From Psittacicella hinzii (GTDB taxonomy: Bacteria; Pseudomonadota; Gammaproteobacteria; Enterobacterales; Psittacicellaceae), in contig NZ_NRHC01000040.1 of NCBI RefSeq assembly GCF_003585885.1, forward strand, positions 1 to 24,000: DNA of 24,000 nt, written 5' to 3'. Under the pieces are notes generated by a model. That model searched no databases and was not told the origin of the DNA. It saw only the letters and a program-made list of their open reading frames with translations. Positions 13,455 through 22,652 of this stretch are shown here, piece by piece (position 1 is the stretch's first letter; the number at the start of each line of letters is the position of its first letter). The translations under genes were made by a program, and so were the position numbers.

Positions 13455-15494
13455 TTAACGAGTTAATCTAATTACAAGTTCATTTACAAATGAATTTCCT
13501 TTACCAACAACTGATAAGGCTGTTTCATTTTTAGCTGTAGGTGTTACACAAAGTTCACACATGCTAAATACAGCACCATTGTTAGCTTGTTCAAATTTTA
13601 AAGCTTTATATGCGGTTGCTGATAAACTAAATTCTTGTCTTGCTTTGTAATCTGCAAAAGCGTTAATCTCTGAATTTAGGGTAGCTAATAAAGAACTATA
13701 AGGTGAAGACTCTGGGTTAGCTTCGTATTTAACTATAGCTGTTGCGTCAAAGTTTTCATCTTTTTCTTTATTTAACTTATCTAGGTACTCATAAGCAACT
13801 TCTACGCCACCAAGAGCATCTACTAGTTTTACCTCGTAAGCATCTTGACCAGTGAAGATACGACCTTGGTCAACTTTAGCTAATTGTTCAGGAGTAAATG
13901 ATCTCGCTTTAGCTAAGTTTTCAACTGCAGTTTCATATTGTCCTAAAGTTACAACTTTACGATATTCTGCAAATTGCGGAGAAACTAAAACACTACTACC
14001 ACTCACCACTAAATTGAATGGGAAAGGTAAATTAGCACCAGAAGTTACTAACTGTGAACCTTTAAAGTAAGATGGGTTCATGTTATAGAAAGCTCTTAAA
14101 GCATCAGTAGAATCTATTAGATTTGATGAAGCGTTTACCCCACCTACTGGTACATATTTAGAAGCAACAATTGCGTCAGCACCAGTTGCAGCTAAATAAG
14201 CTGAACCAAGTAAACCATCACCAGTTAATACTACTACCGGAACTCCAGATTCTGAAACTTTTCTTAAAGCACTGTATAAAACTTGTGCTTCAGGTAAAGT
14301 ACCACCAATCGAATCTAAACGTAAAACAATTCCTTTTACTTTACCCTTACCTTCTTTTGGTGCTTCAGCTAAAACTGTACGATTTAATAACTCACTGGCA
14401 ACACTATTAGCATCTACATCTGCTCCAGTTTGCCCGTAGAAACCTGAATAATAGTAAGTTAAATAATAGTCTTTTGTTGAGTAATCAGTTTTATCTTCAC
14501 TCTTAACAACACGAAGATCTGATAAATATTCATCTAAGTAAACTAGATTTGGATACTTATCTTCATCAATACCCGCTTGATCACGTAAGTAATCACCCCA
14601 TTGGAAACGAGTTACAGCTTTATCAAATAAACCTCTTTCAACAAATAACTCTGCTTCATTTTTTAAAGTGTAAGCATCTGCTACTAAAGACTCAACTGAG
14701 AATAGTTCTCTTGGTTTTAAAGATACAGTTTTATCTTTAAGAATTGCAGTTCTTGTTTTACTAAAATCAGCAAAAGCATAATCTACAGGTTTATAAGTAA
14801 TAGACTCTAACGAGAATTGATTATCTTCTGTAAATGAGTTTTGTACTCTTAGAGCTGAAAGACCATATTTACCTGCTTGGAATGAGTAATCTTTAATACC
14901 GTAGTTTTCATAAAAATCTTTTAAGAAAACTGCAGATACAGAGTTACTTAAATAAGGACTACCAACACGATCAGTTACTAAAGTATCAGCATGTTGTAAA
15001 GCAACAAAGTCACCTACTGACCAGTATCTTGAATAACCAATTACTGGTTTTTTATTCTCAGACTCTTCTTTGAATTTTACAATTGCACGATCTAACTCTT
15101 CGTGGATACCAAAAGTTTCAAAAGTTGCGCGTTCAACATCAATTACGACACCTTTAATACGCTCATCTTTAGCTGCAGCTTCTAAAACTGCACGTAAATC
15201 TCTAATTGAAACTTGGCTTGGTAGATCTACCCCAAGATTTACTGCTAGGTTATAGTAACCTGGAAGACGTAAAGACTTTTCAGTTACTAACTCTAGGTCT
15301 AAATAAAGATATTTCTCTCCTGTAAATCTTTCATCTACAGAAGCAGTTAAAGTTTTTGTGCTTTGGCTTAGGTATAGAACAAATACTACAACTAGCAGAC
15401 CAAATACTGCAAATAGAGTAAATACAACCCATGATAAAGCCTTATAAACATACTTTACCAATAGCCAAATTGCAAATAATAATTTCTTTATCAT
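13455..15494 (-). CDS. Divergent SppA-like (signal peptide peptidase A, 67K type) paralogue; start revised to the Met at 15494 (679 aa)
   Basis: Two-domain SppA architecture with an N-terminal TM segment. Blocks IKGVVIDVE and VKGIVLRLDSIGG...VPVVVLTGDGLLGSAYLAA parallel SppA. The ATG at 15494 has GAGG 8 nt upstream and lies 1 nt after the upstream stop. The track start at 15533 has no SD and overlaps the upstream gene by 38 nt. Confidence 0.75.
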   Translation of the reverse strand: MIKKLLFAIWLLVKYVYKALSWVVFTLFAVFGLLVVVFVLYLSQSTKTLTASVDERFTGEKYLYLDLELVTEKSLRLPGYYNLAVNLGVDLPSQVSIRDLRAVLEAAAKDERIKGVVIDVERATFETFGIHEELDRAIVKFKEESENKKPVIGYSRYWSVGDFVALQHADTLVTDRVGSPYLSNSVSAVFLKDFYENYGIKDYSFQAGKYGLSALRVQNSFTEDNQFSLESITYKPVDYAFADFSKTRTAILKDKTVSLKPRELFSVESLVADAYTLKNEAELFVERGLFDKAVTRFQWGDYLRDQAGIDEDKYPNLVYLDEYLSDLRVVKSEDKTDYSTKDYYLTYYYSGFYGQTGADVDANSVASELLNRTVLAEAPKEGKGKVKGIVLRLDSIGGTLPEAQVLYSALRKVSESGVPVVVLTGDGLLGSAYLAATGADAIVASKYVPVGGVNASSNLIDSTDALRAFYNMNPSYFKGSQLVTSGANLPFPFNLVVSGSSVLVSPQFAEYRKVVTLGQYETAVENLAKARSFTPEQLAKVDQGRIFTGQDAYEVKLVDALGGVEVAYEYLDKLNKEKDENFDATAIVKYEANPESSPYSSLLATLNSEINAFADYKARQEFSLSATAYKALKFEQANNGAVFSMCELCVTPTAKNETALSVVGKGNSFVNELVIRLTR

Positions 15495-15495
15495 A

Positions 15496-17472
15496 TTATT
15501 GGCCTCGTATTGCAGATAAATGTTCTTCATCAAGGATAGCTTGATATGTACCTAAAGTTTCTTGGTTATCACCAGCGATGTAATTATTTAATTTATTAAT
15601 TACGCCACTAAAATAACCACCAGTTACATAGTCTATTGAGCTTAACACACGACTACTTAAAGTTACGCCAGTGATAGAGTAACGACGTCCTGCATTGTAA
15701 TAGATTACTGGTAATTTATCGATCTCTTCAAGATCAACTTGAGTATATTCACCACGTGAATATTTATCTTCAGTACGCTCACCTTGACCTAAAACAATAA
15801 ATTCACGTGCTTTGTTGATAGCTTCAGAAACATTACCAAAACTATCAACTAGTCCTAAAGTTTTAGCATCTGTACCGCCCCAAATATGCCCTTGAGATAC
15901 GCGGTGTACATCTTCTAAAGAAGCAAATTTATCTTTACGTCCTTCATAAACCATTGAAATAAATTCATGGTATGAATTAGCAATACCAGCTTTCCATAAA
16001 TCTTTTAGTTCGTCACCATAAGGGTTAGTCCAACCTGCAAAGAAGAATGGAACTCTGAATGGACCTGCGTAATATCTGTCGTAACCAACTGCATCAGTGT
16101 GGATATTAAACTGTTCTAAGAATCTATTTAAGTTGTAACCACTGATTACCACCCCTATAGAACCTGTTAAAGTAGTTGGGTTAGAGTAGATATAGTCACT
16201 TGAAGATGACATCATGTAACCCGCAGAAGCTGCTAAAAAGCCTTGAGATACTACTACAGGAATACCTTTAGAGCGAATGTCATTAATCGCTTGACTAATT
16301 GTTATACCTGTATTTGCCGAACCACCAGGTGAGTCAATACGTAATACAAGTGCTTTTACATTATTTGCGTTGTAGTAAATTGAACGTAAATATCTTAAAG
16401 TATTATCATTTGAAATTACGTCTGGAGCTCTACCGCTTGATACTACACTACCCACTAAAGCTACGTAAGCAATGTGATCTTTATTTCTGCTTGCGCTTTT
16501 GAATAATGGGTTTTCAATTGCTGAAGTATAACTACTTAAAGCAAAATAGTTAGGTAACTTACTATTGTTTTTCTTACCTTGAATTTCATTAGCTACTAAA
16601 GCATCAAAATCTGCTTTAGTTACTACACCATCAAACCAGCCTTTTTCCGTAAATGCTTGTGCAAAATTACCTTTGTAAGTTTTGAATAAACCTAATAACT
16701 CTTCATCGTTTAGGTCAAACTCACTTAATGGTAGACTGTAGTTTTGCGCAACTGCAGATAAGGTATCTAGGTAGATTTGATAATAAGCATCAAAAGATGA
16801 TTTAACATCTTCATCTACTTGGTATTTTACGTCACGTAAAATTAAATCTTTATATAAAGATACACGTTGACCTAAAAAATCAACTTTAAATTTATCGTAG
16901 AAACCTTTATAGAAGGTTGCACCGTAAATTGGTCTTACAGGTCTAACAAATGCACCCGGAGCTACGTATCTTTTTGTAGCTGCTGAAGAGATTAGTAATT
17001 CGTTGTTAGTACCAGTTGATTGAACATAAACGTATACCGGCTTACCTGCTTCTCTTACCTGTAATAAAGCTTGAGAAATCTCATAAGCCTGTGCGTTATT
17101 CCATTGACGTCCATTAATGGTAACAACTACACCTTTAACTTTATCATCTTGAGCTGCTTGTGCTAAAGCATAAACTTGCTCACTGAATGAGTAACGACTG
17201 CTACGCGAACTCGCAAATAAATTAGCCCAGCGACTAGCACTAGTTCCATAAACTGAAGTTTCATTTATTTCATCTGAACCTAAAGTTAATAAAACAACCG
17301 CATTGTCAGGGGTTGAAGATCTACTTGGAGACTGTATCTCAGTATATTTATCGAATAAAGCAGTAACTGTTAAAAAGAGTAATACTCCTAGAACTGCATA
17401 TACGTTAAAGACAACCGAGATAAAAAACTGTATTGCAGCCCAAATCTTGCAAACTGCGCCTTTTAAACTCAT
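15496..17472 (-). CDS. sppA: Signal peptide peptidase SppA (protease IV), 67K type, 658 aa
   Basis: N-terminal TM segment. ALVLRIDSPGGS, IPVVVSQGFLAASAGYMMSS (Ser nucleophile context AAS-x-GY), TLTGSIGVV and QGHIWGGTDAKTLGLVDSFG all match E. coli SppA blocks from memory. Confidence 0.85.
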   Translation of the reverse strand: MSLKGAVCKIWAAIQFFISVVFNVYAVLGVLLFLTVTALFDKYTEIQSPSRSSTPDNAVVLLTLGSDEINETSVYGTSASRWANLFASSRSSRYSFSEQVYALAQAAQDDKVKGVVVTINGRQWNNAQAYEISQALLQVREAGKPVYVYVQSTGTNNELLISSAATKRYVAPGAFVRPVRPIYGATFYKGFYDKFKVDFLGQRVSLYKDLILRDVKYQVDEDVKSSFDAYYQIYLDTLSAVAQNYSLPLSEFDLNDEELLGLFKTYKGNFAQAFTEKGWFDGVVTKADFDALVANEIQGKKNNSKLPNYFALSSYTSAIENPLFKSASRNKDHIAYVALVGSVVSSGRAPDVISNDNTLRYLRSIYYNANNVKALVLRIDSPGGSANTGITISQAINDIRSKGIPVVVSQGFLAASAGYMMSSSSDYIYSNPTTLTGSIGVVISGYNLNRFLEQFNIHTDAVGYDRYYAGPFRVPFFFAGWTNPYGDELKDLWKAGIANSYHEFISMVYEGRKDKFASLEDVHRVSQGHIWGGTDAKTLGLVDSFGNVSEAINKAREFIVLGQGERTEDKYSRGEYTQVDLEEIDKLPVIYYNAGRRYSITGVTLSSRVLSSIDYVTGGYFSGVINKLNNYIAGDNQETLGTYQAILDEEHLSAIRGQ

Positions 17473-17654
17473 ATTGTACTTTCCTTTAGATCAAAATTAT
17501 TTAGAAGTTGTTTCTTTTTAATCTTAATACTTAAAATGCAGTGCTTTTTTATTATTAGAAATAATAAAAATTTTTTAGTGCACCTTTTTATGTTATATCA
17601 CATATTTATAAGATTGTTAAGACTAAAAAGTAAAAATACTCAAATTTCTCATTT

Positions 17655-18914
17655 CTAACCATTAATGTAGTTAGTAATTACAACTTCTAAAGTTCGAGTG
17701 GCAAAACTTTCTTCTTCGTTATTCCCTTGAATAAAGTTTATATTAAAACGATTACTATGACACCAATCTAGCAGGCGATAATTATATTTTCCTTGGAACT
17801 GAATAAAGGTAGAAACAGCAAAACGTAAGCCATTTTTATTTAAATCCTCAAGGAAAGAATATAATTCTGCTTCTAAGTCAAAACTCCAAGAGTTTTGTAA
17901 ATCATCTTCATTTAACACGCAAGGCGGATTAAAATAAAGAAATGCCTGCTCTTGGATTAATTGGTTAATATCTAAATCACTAAAGTTATTTTCGGCAAAA
18001 TCTATATGCTTACTATTTAACAGATTTAAGTAATCCTTGTATCTTTCTCGTACTTTAATACTAAAATCTCGTTTACCCACAGGTAAATTGAATAAACCTT
18101 TATGGTTAAAACGAGCAAAGTTATTAAAGCCGTAGATGATTAACATAATCACACGAATAAGCATATCATCGTTAAAAACTAGTTTAGGGGTATGCTCTTT
18201 TGTTGCATTTTTGATTTTTAAACTTTCTTGCCCCTCTTGCTTATTGCCATTGACTGACTGCAAGTAGTTTTTAACCTTCAATTGATTTAATAAGTGATTA
18301 TAGTCACTACGTAAATTTAAGTATGGTTCACGATTATAATCACTTAAACCATCATTGGAGTTTGAATTGTAGTAAGCGTAACCAAAAGCCGCAGAGTTAG
18401 ATAAACCATAACGTTCTGCAAGAAAGTCTAACTTTCTCGCTAACTCTTCATAAGTGTGGCGTTGCAAGTATTTTAAAATTTGCACATGGACTGAATTAGT
18501 ATCTAAGCAAACTATTACTTTGGCGTTAGTATTAACTCCAACACTACTCGATCCAGAAAAAACGTCATAGAAAAAGTTAACATCTTTAGGAAGCAACTTT
18601 AAAATCTGCTCCATACTAGAGACCTTAAGCCCATTTACAATGTAAGGAGATGGTATTACGGTCTTACTTACTTTTTCTACCTTTACTTCCTCTTCAGGAA
18701 GATCAAATAAAGGAATAAAACTGTATTGTTGCTCAGTCTTTTTCTTTTGATGCTTTTCTTCTAAAAATGTCAATGGAGGCGACTTGTAGTTAGCCGGCAC
18801 ATTGATATTTTCAGGTACGTACAGTAAGTAATCGATATTTTGGTCATACTTAGCTATATTTACAGGAGTAAATAACTCGGCATCAATGAAGTCATCATTA
18901 TCAAATGCACTCAT
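17655..18914 (-). CDS. Dam-family (MethyltransfD12-like) DNA adenine methyltransferase homologue with atypical motifs, 419 aa
   Basis: FYDVFSGSSSVGVNT aligns with Dam LVEPFVGAGSVFLNT. IMLIIYGFNNFARFNHKGLFNLPVGKR aligns with [29 protein letters not shown]. Motif IV reads FLYFNPPC (codons aat ccg cct tgc) instead of DPPY. The start lies 2 nt after the xseA stop. Confidence 0.7.
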   Translation of the reverse strand: MSAFDNDDFIDAELFTPVNIAKYDQNIDYLLYVPENINVPANYKSPPLTFLEEKHQKKKTEQQYSFIPLFDLPEEEVKVEKVSKTVIPSPYIVNGLKVSSMEQILKLLPKDVNFFYDVFSGSSSVGVNTNAKVIVCLDTNSVHVQILKYLQRHTYEELARKLDFLAERYGLSNSAAFGYAYYNSNSNDGLSDYNREPYLNLRSDYNHLLNQLKVKNYLQSVNGNKQEGQESLKIKNATKEHTPKLVFNDDMLIRVIMLIIYGFNNFARFNHKGLFNLPVGKRDFSIKVRERYKDYLNLLNSKHIDFAENNFSDLDINQLIQEQAFLYFNPPCVLNEDDLQNSWSFDLEAELYSFLEDLNKNGLRFAVSTFIQFQGKYNYRLLDWCHSNRFNINFIQGNNEEESFATRTLEVVITNYING

Positions 18915-18916
18915 CT

Positions 18917-20752
18917 TTAAAATTCACTATTGTTTTTTAATTTCGCTAGATTTGCTTTTAAAGCTAAGATTTTTTCTTGAGAAACTAAATTCTGTAAATT
19001 ATGCTCTTTGTCGCTCTTACCTTTTACTTGGGCTTCTAAACTACCATCTTGCATTAATAAAGTAAAATTATTTAGTTTTTCAACTTGAGAGATTGAAGTT
19101 ACAACTTGTTGCTCTTGATCTAAAACCATAGCATAACCTCGTGACAGAGGTAATAGAGGATTACTTACTTCAACTCTTTGTAATAAGTACTCTAGTTCAT
19201 TAACTTTAGTCGCAAATTGACGGTTAGCCAAATATTTTATTTGATTTTCTAGATAGCCGATGTCTTTAACGTAAGCTTCAAGCTTACTTAAAGGTTGCAG
19301 ACGCATAACTTGGTTACGTTTTGCTTGCCAATCGTATTCCTTTTGCCAAATCTGATTTTTATACAAAGTCTCTAACTTTGCTGTTAATTCATTTAATTTG
19401 GTATTTCTTACTGACAAGGAATTAGTATAAATATAATCTAACTTTAAAGCTAAATCATTTATGATTTTTTGATCTCTTTCTAAAAGATAGCTTGGGTTAA
19501 AACGTTTAACTTTTTCTTGGAGTAAATTTACTTGGTTTTCTTTTTGTTTCCAACTAATTACTAAAACTTGGTTTATATCTTTATTAGCTTGCTCAAGACG
19601 GTTTAATTTATCTTGCCAATAAAAAGTATACATACGGTTTAACTGATACTCTAACTCTGTAAAGTAATTAAAGTAGTCTGCTATTTTTCTAGAAGGATCT
19701 AGGTATGATAATCTTTGGTCTAGTTGATTAAGCTGATGGTTTTTGAAATCAAATAAACCATTTACCAATGAGTTTAATTGATTTAAAGCATTATTTACAT
19801 AATCTCTGACACGTAAACGCCAAATTGTAATGTGCTTAGCTGCAGCCGTAGGGGTCACACAAGCGTAATCGGCAACTAAGTCGGTTAAAGGATTATCAAC
19901 CTCATGTCCTACTGCGGAAATAGTTGGGATTTTTGAAGCTAAAATAGCCTTAACTAATTCATAATCAGAAAATGCTAACAGATCCTCAAAAGAACCACCT
20001 CCACGTCCAACAATCAAGACTTCACACTTATTTTCTGCATTTGCCGTGGCTAGAGCTTCAATTAAAGAAGCTACCGCATTATTACCTTGGACATTAGCGT
20101 CATAAATGGTGATCTCAATATCTGGCGCTTCTTCTCTAAAAACCTTGAGCATATCCTGTACCCCAGCAGCTTTAGATGAAGAAACTATCCCTACTTTGAG
20201 AGGAAATTGAGGGATTGCACGTTTACGTTCAGGACTGTGCCAACCATTTTTTACAATTTCTTGTTTTATACGTTCAATTCGAGCTAATTGTTCACCAATT
20301 CCTCCAGCAATACGCATACGTCTAATATTTAGTTGCATACTACCACGTGGATTATAAACAGTTAACTCACCATAAACTTCTACTGTTGCCCCTACCTGAA
20401 AATCTTCTACACGACAACCTGTAGACTGGGCAAACTCACGAAAGCTAGTTTGGTAATTCCAAACATTGGCATTAATTATGGCATCTTCTTCAGTATCTTT
20501 AAGAGTTAAATAAGAGTGCCTACCTGAATGTTTTATACTTGAAATTTCTGCGATTAAGTACACTCCCCAGTAACGTTCATTAAAATGGCTTTGCACTTTA
20601 TTTAAAAATTGAGCTACTGATAGAGGCTTTATTTTGCGTTCAGGTTTAACTTCTTCAACTTCTATTTGATTAAAATCTAATTCAAATTCCATAAAATTTG
20701 TTCTCTTAGCAATATTCGGAGGGGAACATTTAAATATTATAGCTTGTTTCAC
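18917..20752 (-). CDS. xseA: Exodeoxyribonuclease VII large subunit, unusually long (611 aa from the GTG; 591 aa from the ATG at 20692)
   Basis: OB-fold and catalytic core blocks match E. coli XseA (YLTLKD, VYNPRGSMQLNI, GIVSS..AAG.QD, CEVLIVGRGGGSFEDL, ISAVGHEVD, TPTAAA, NPLLPLSRGYA). The GTG start codon region contains GCTATAATA (a TATAAT-like box), so the ATG at 20692 is an alternative start. Confidence 0.85.
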   Translation of the reverse strand: MKQAIIFKCSPPNIAKRTNFMEFELDFNQIEVEEVKPERKIKPLSVAQFLNKVQSHFNERYWGVYLIAEISSIKHSGRHSYLTLKDTEEDAIINANVWNYQTSFREFAQSTGCRVEDFQVGATVEVYGELTVYNPRGSMQLNIRRMRIAGGIGEQLARIERIKQEIVKNGWHSPERKRAIPQFPLKVGIVSSSKAAGVQDMLKVFREEAPDIEITIYDANVQGNNAVASLIEALATANAENKCEVLIVGRGGGSFEDLLAFSDYELVKAILASKIPTISAVGHEVDNPLTDLVADYACVTPTAAAKHITIWRLRVRDYVNNALNQLNSLVNGLFDFKNHQLNQLDQRLSYLDPSRKIADYFNYFTELEYQLNRMYTFYWQDKLNRLEQANKDINQVLVISWKQKENQVNLLQEKVKRFNPSYLLERDQKIINDLALKLDYIYTNSLSVRNTKLNELTAKLETLYKNQIWQKEYDWQAKRNQVMRLQPLSKLEAYVKDIGYLENQIKYLANRQFATKVNELEYLLQRVEVSNPLLPLSRGYAMVLDQEQQVVTSISQVEKLNNFTLLMQDGSLEAQVKGKSDKEHNLQNLVSQEKILALKANLAKLKNNSEF

Positions 20753-20902
20753 TAAACAACTGGCTAAATTCTCTCTAAAGTGATAAATTTTTGCCTCTAG
20801 TTTTACCTATTTTAGGAATAACAAAGTTAAATCTTTTTAAGCTTTTGAAGCTTGATTAACTTCTTCCAGCTAGTTAATAAATCGTTATTTCTTTCTAAAG
20901 TA

Positions 20903-20911
20903 TGCTACAAT
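20903..20911 (+). promoter_or_regulatory. Extended -10 promoter candidate for def (TGcTACAAT)
   Basis: TG at 20903-20904 and TACAAT at 20906-20911, 36 nt upstream of the def ATG in the divergent xseA/def intergenic region. Confidence 0.4.
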
Positions 20912-20947
20912 AAATGCCGACAACAGAGCTAACATTTTTCGAATTTT

Positions 20948-21490
20948 ATGTCTGAACAAAATGTAAATATTATTGAAATCTTTGACGTGGTAATCTACCC
21001 TGAAGATATTTTACGTACTCGTGCGAAAGAGTACACTGAAGAAGAATTTGGTCAAGAACTACAAGATCTTGGCAAGAAAATGCTTGACACTATGTACGCT
21101 CATGAAGGCATTGGTCTAGCAGCTAACCAAATTGATCTAGATAAACGTATTATTGTAATTGATGTATCTGAAGATAAAAGTAAACAGTACATTATGATCA
21201 ATCCAGTAATCACTCACCAAGAGGGTGAAACTGCTATTGAAGAGGGATGTTTATCTGCGCCTAATGTACGTGACTTTGTTAAACGTGCAGAGAAAGTTAC
21301 TTGTGAATACTATGATCCACAAGGTAATAAACATACCATTGATGCTGATGGTATCCTTGCTATCTGTATTCAACACGAAATTGACCACTTAAATGGTATT
21401 ATGTTCTTTGATCATTTAGAAACTTTCAAACGCAACCAAGCGCTTGAAAAAACAATGAAATATAAGAAAAAATTAAGTCGTTTAAAATAA
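20948..21490 (+). CDS. def: Peptide deformylase
   Basis: All three PDF motifs are present: GIGLAANQ, EGCLS, QHEIDHLNG. Confidence 0.95.
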   Translation: MSEQNVNIIEIFDVVIYPEDILRTRAKEYTEEEFGQELQDLGKKMLDTMYAHEGIGLAANQIDLDKRIIVIDVSEDKSKQYIMINPVITHQEGETAIEEGCLSAPNVRDFVKRAEKVTCEYYDPQGNKHTIDADGILAICIQHEIDHLNGIMFFDHLETFKRNQALEKTMKYKKKLSRLK

Positions 21491-21502
21491 TTTTAGCTAA
21501 AG

Positions 21503-21529
21503 GAAGGAACTCTTGTGTTCCTTCTTTTT
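21503..21529 (+). terminator. Hairpin + T5 between def and fmt (GAAGGAAC / TCTTGT / GTTCCTTC TTTTT)
   Basis: Perfect 8-bp stem followed by five T residues, 12 nt after the def stop. Confidence 0.55.
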
Positions 21530-21603
21530 CTACTTAATTTACTCTCCCCCCCATAATTACGGTAGTTTAGCTATTTTGCAATTGCTAAGGAAAAAGCTCA
21601 AGT

Positions 21604-22638
21604 ATGACAAACACTCCTTTAAAAGTTTTATTTGCAGGTACTGCTGACTTCTCAGCTACATTCCTAGAACCTATTATCCAATCTGAACACCAAGTAATTG
21701 GCGTAGTAACCCAACCGGATAAAGTATCTGGTCGTGGCAAGAAAGTTCAAATGACTAAGGTTAAAGAGATCGCTGTTGCTCATGATATTCCAGTTTATCA
21801 GTTTAACTCTTCTCTTCGCCATCCAGAGAACTATCAAGAGTTATTAAAACTAGACTTTGATATTATGGTGGTAGTTGCTTTTGGTGACATTTTACCAATA
21901 GAATTAATTGACTTCCCTAAATACAAATCAATTAATGTACACCCGTCTTTACTACCATTTGGTCGAGGAGCTTCTCCAGTACAAAATACAATTGCTTCAG
22001 GTGACCAAACTACCGCTTTCTGTATTATAAAAATGGATGCTACTTTAGATACAGGTGATATCCTTTACCGTGAAGAAGTAGACATTGCACCAAAAGAAAC
22101 TTCAGAAACTTTATTTGCTAAACTTTCGCAAATGGGTGGTCCTATTTTAATTAAGGTTCTAGACAATATCGAGCAGTATTTAGCAAATGCTAAACCTCAA
22201 GATCCATTAAATGTTCCTGAACCTAAGAAAACTTACACTCGTAAGATCAAAAAAGAATACGGCCGTTTAGATCCGGAGTTAGAAGCTATTGTTTTAGAAA
22301 GAAAACTTCGTGCTTATACTCCATGGCCTGGTTTATTCTTTGCTCATCCTGAACAAGAAAATCAAGACATTAAAGTAATTGAAGCCCAAGCTTTTACAAG
22401 TTTAGAAGAAGTAAAACAATTACACGCAACTAACAATAAGTTTGATTTAGTAGCTTCACAAACTCCTGGAACTATTGTTGCCCAAACTGATAAAGCGGTT
22501 TACCTCTTATGTGCAAATAATACCGTTCTGGAAATAACTTCTTTACAATTACCAGGTAAAAAACCTACAGATCTAAAAAGTTTAAGAAATGGTTACCCTA
22601 ACCTTTTAGCTTTAGGATCTAACTTAAAAAATAACTAA
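21604..22638 (+). CDS. fmt: Methionyl-tRNA formyltransferase, 344 aa
   Basis: LKVLFAGTADFS, VVTQPDKVSGRGKK, INVHPSLLP.GRGASPVQ and KMDATLDTGDILY match the Fmt N-terminal formyltransferase domain. The gene follows def, as in most bacteria. Confidence 0.95.
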   Translation: MTNTPLKVLFAGTADFSATFLEPIIQSEHQVIGVVTQPDKVSGRGKKVQMTKVKEIAVAHDIPVYQFNSSLRHPENYQELLKLDFDIMVVVAFGDILPIELIDFPKYKSINVHPSLLPFGRGASPVQNTIASGDQTTAFCIIKMDATLDTGDILYREEVDIAPKETSETLFAKLSQMGGPILIKVLDNIEQYLANAKPQDPLNVPEPKKTYTRKIKKEYGRLDPELEAIVLERKLRAYTPWPGLFFAHPEQENQDIKVIEAQAFTSLEEVKQLHATNNKFDLVASQTPGTIVAQTDKAVYLLCANNTVLEITSLQLPGKKPTDLKSLRNGYPNLLALGSNLKNN

Positions 22639-22652
22639 TTTTAAATTAATCA

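Noticed and set aside
13599-13608. A fourth copy of the TAAAGCTTTA palindrome, inside the second sppA gene, as evidence for a dispersed regulatory site
   Set aside because: It is explained by Lys-Ala-Leu codons (AAA GCT TTA) in a coding region. This lowers the significance of the 10-bp core elsewhere rather than suggesting a regulon.
15495-15533. Track start (MMKNIYLQYEANN...) for the second sppA paralogue
   Set aside because: It has no SD and overlaps the upstream gene by 38 nt. The internal ATG at 15494 has GAGG at ideal spacing and abuts the upstream stop, so the shorter form is preferred.
1670-17521. Short ORFs lying antisense to or nested inside longer genes (1670-1885, 4548-4760, 5444-5635, 8726-9067, 9519-9722, 11971-12204, 13183-13374, 13852-14070, 14171-14410, 14549-14740, 15070-15255, 16299-16502, 17303-17521)
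   Set aside because: Each lies wholly or mostly inside a longer ORF on the opposite strand that has clear homology or better context. Their translations are low-complexity or compositionally odd, and none has a convincing SD. They are treated as chance ORFs of an AT-rich sequence.
17473-17654. AT-only inverted repeats (for example TTATTAT/ATAATAA) between the Dam-like gene and sppA as terminators or operators
   Set aside because: The stems consist purely of A-T pairs in low-complexity sequence, so there is no thermodynamically convincing structure.
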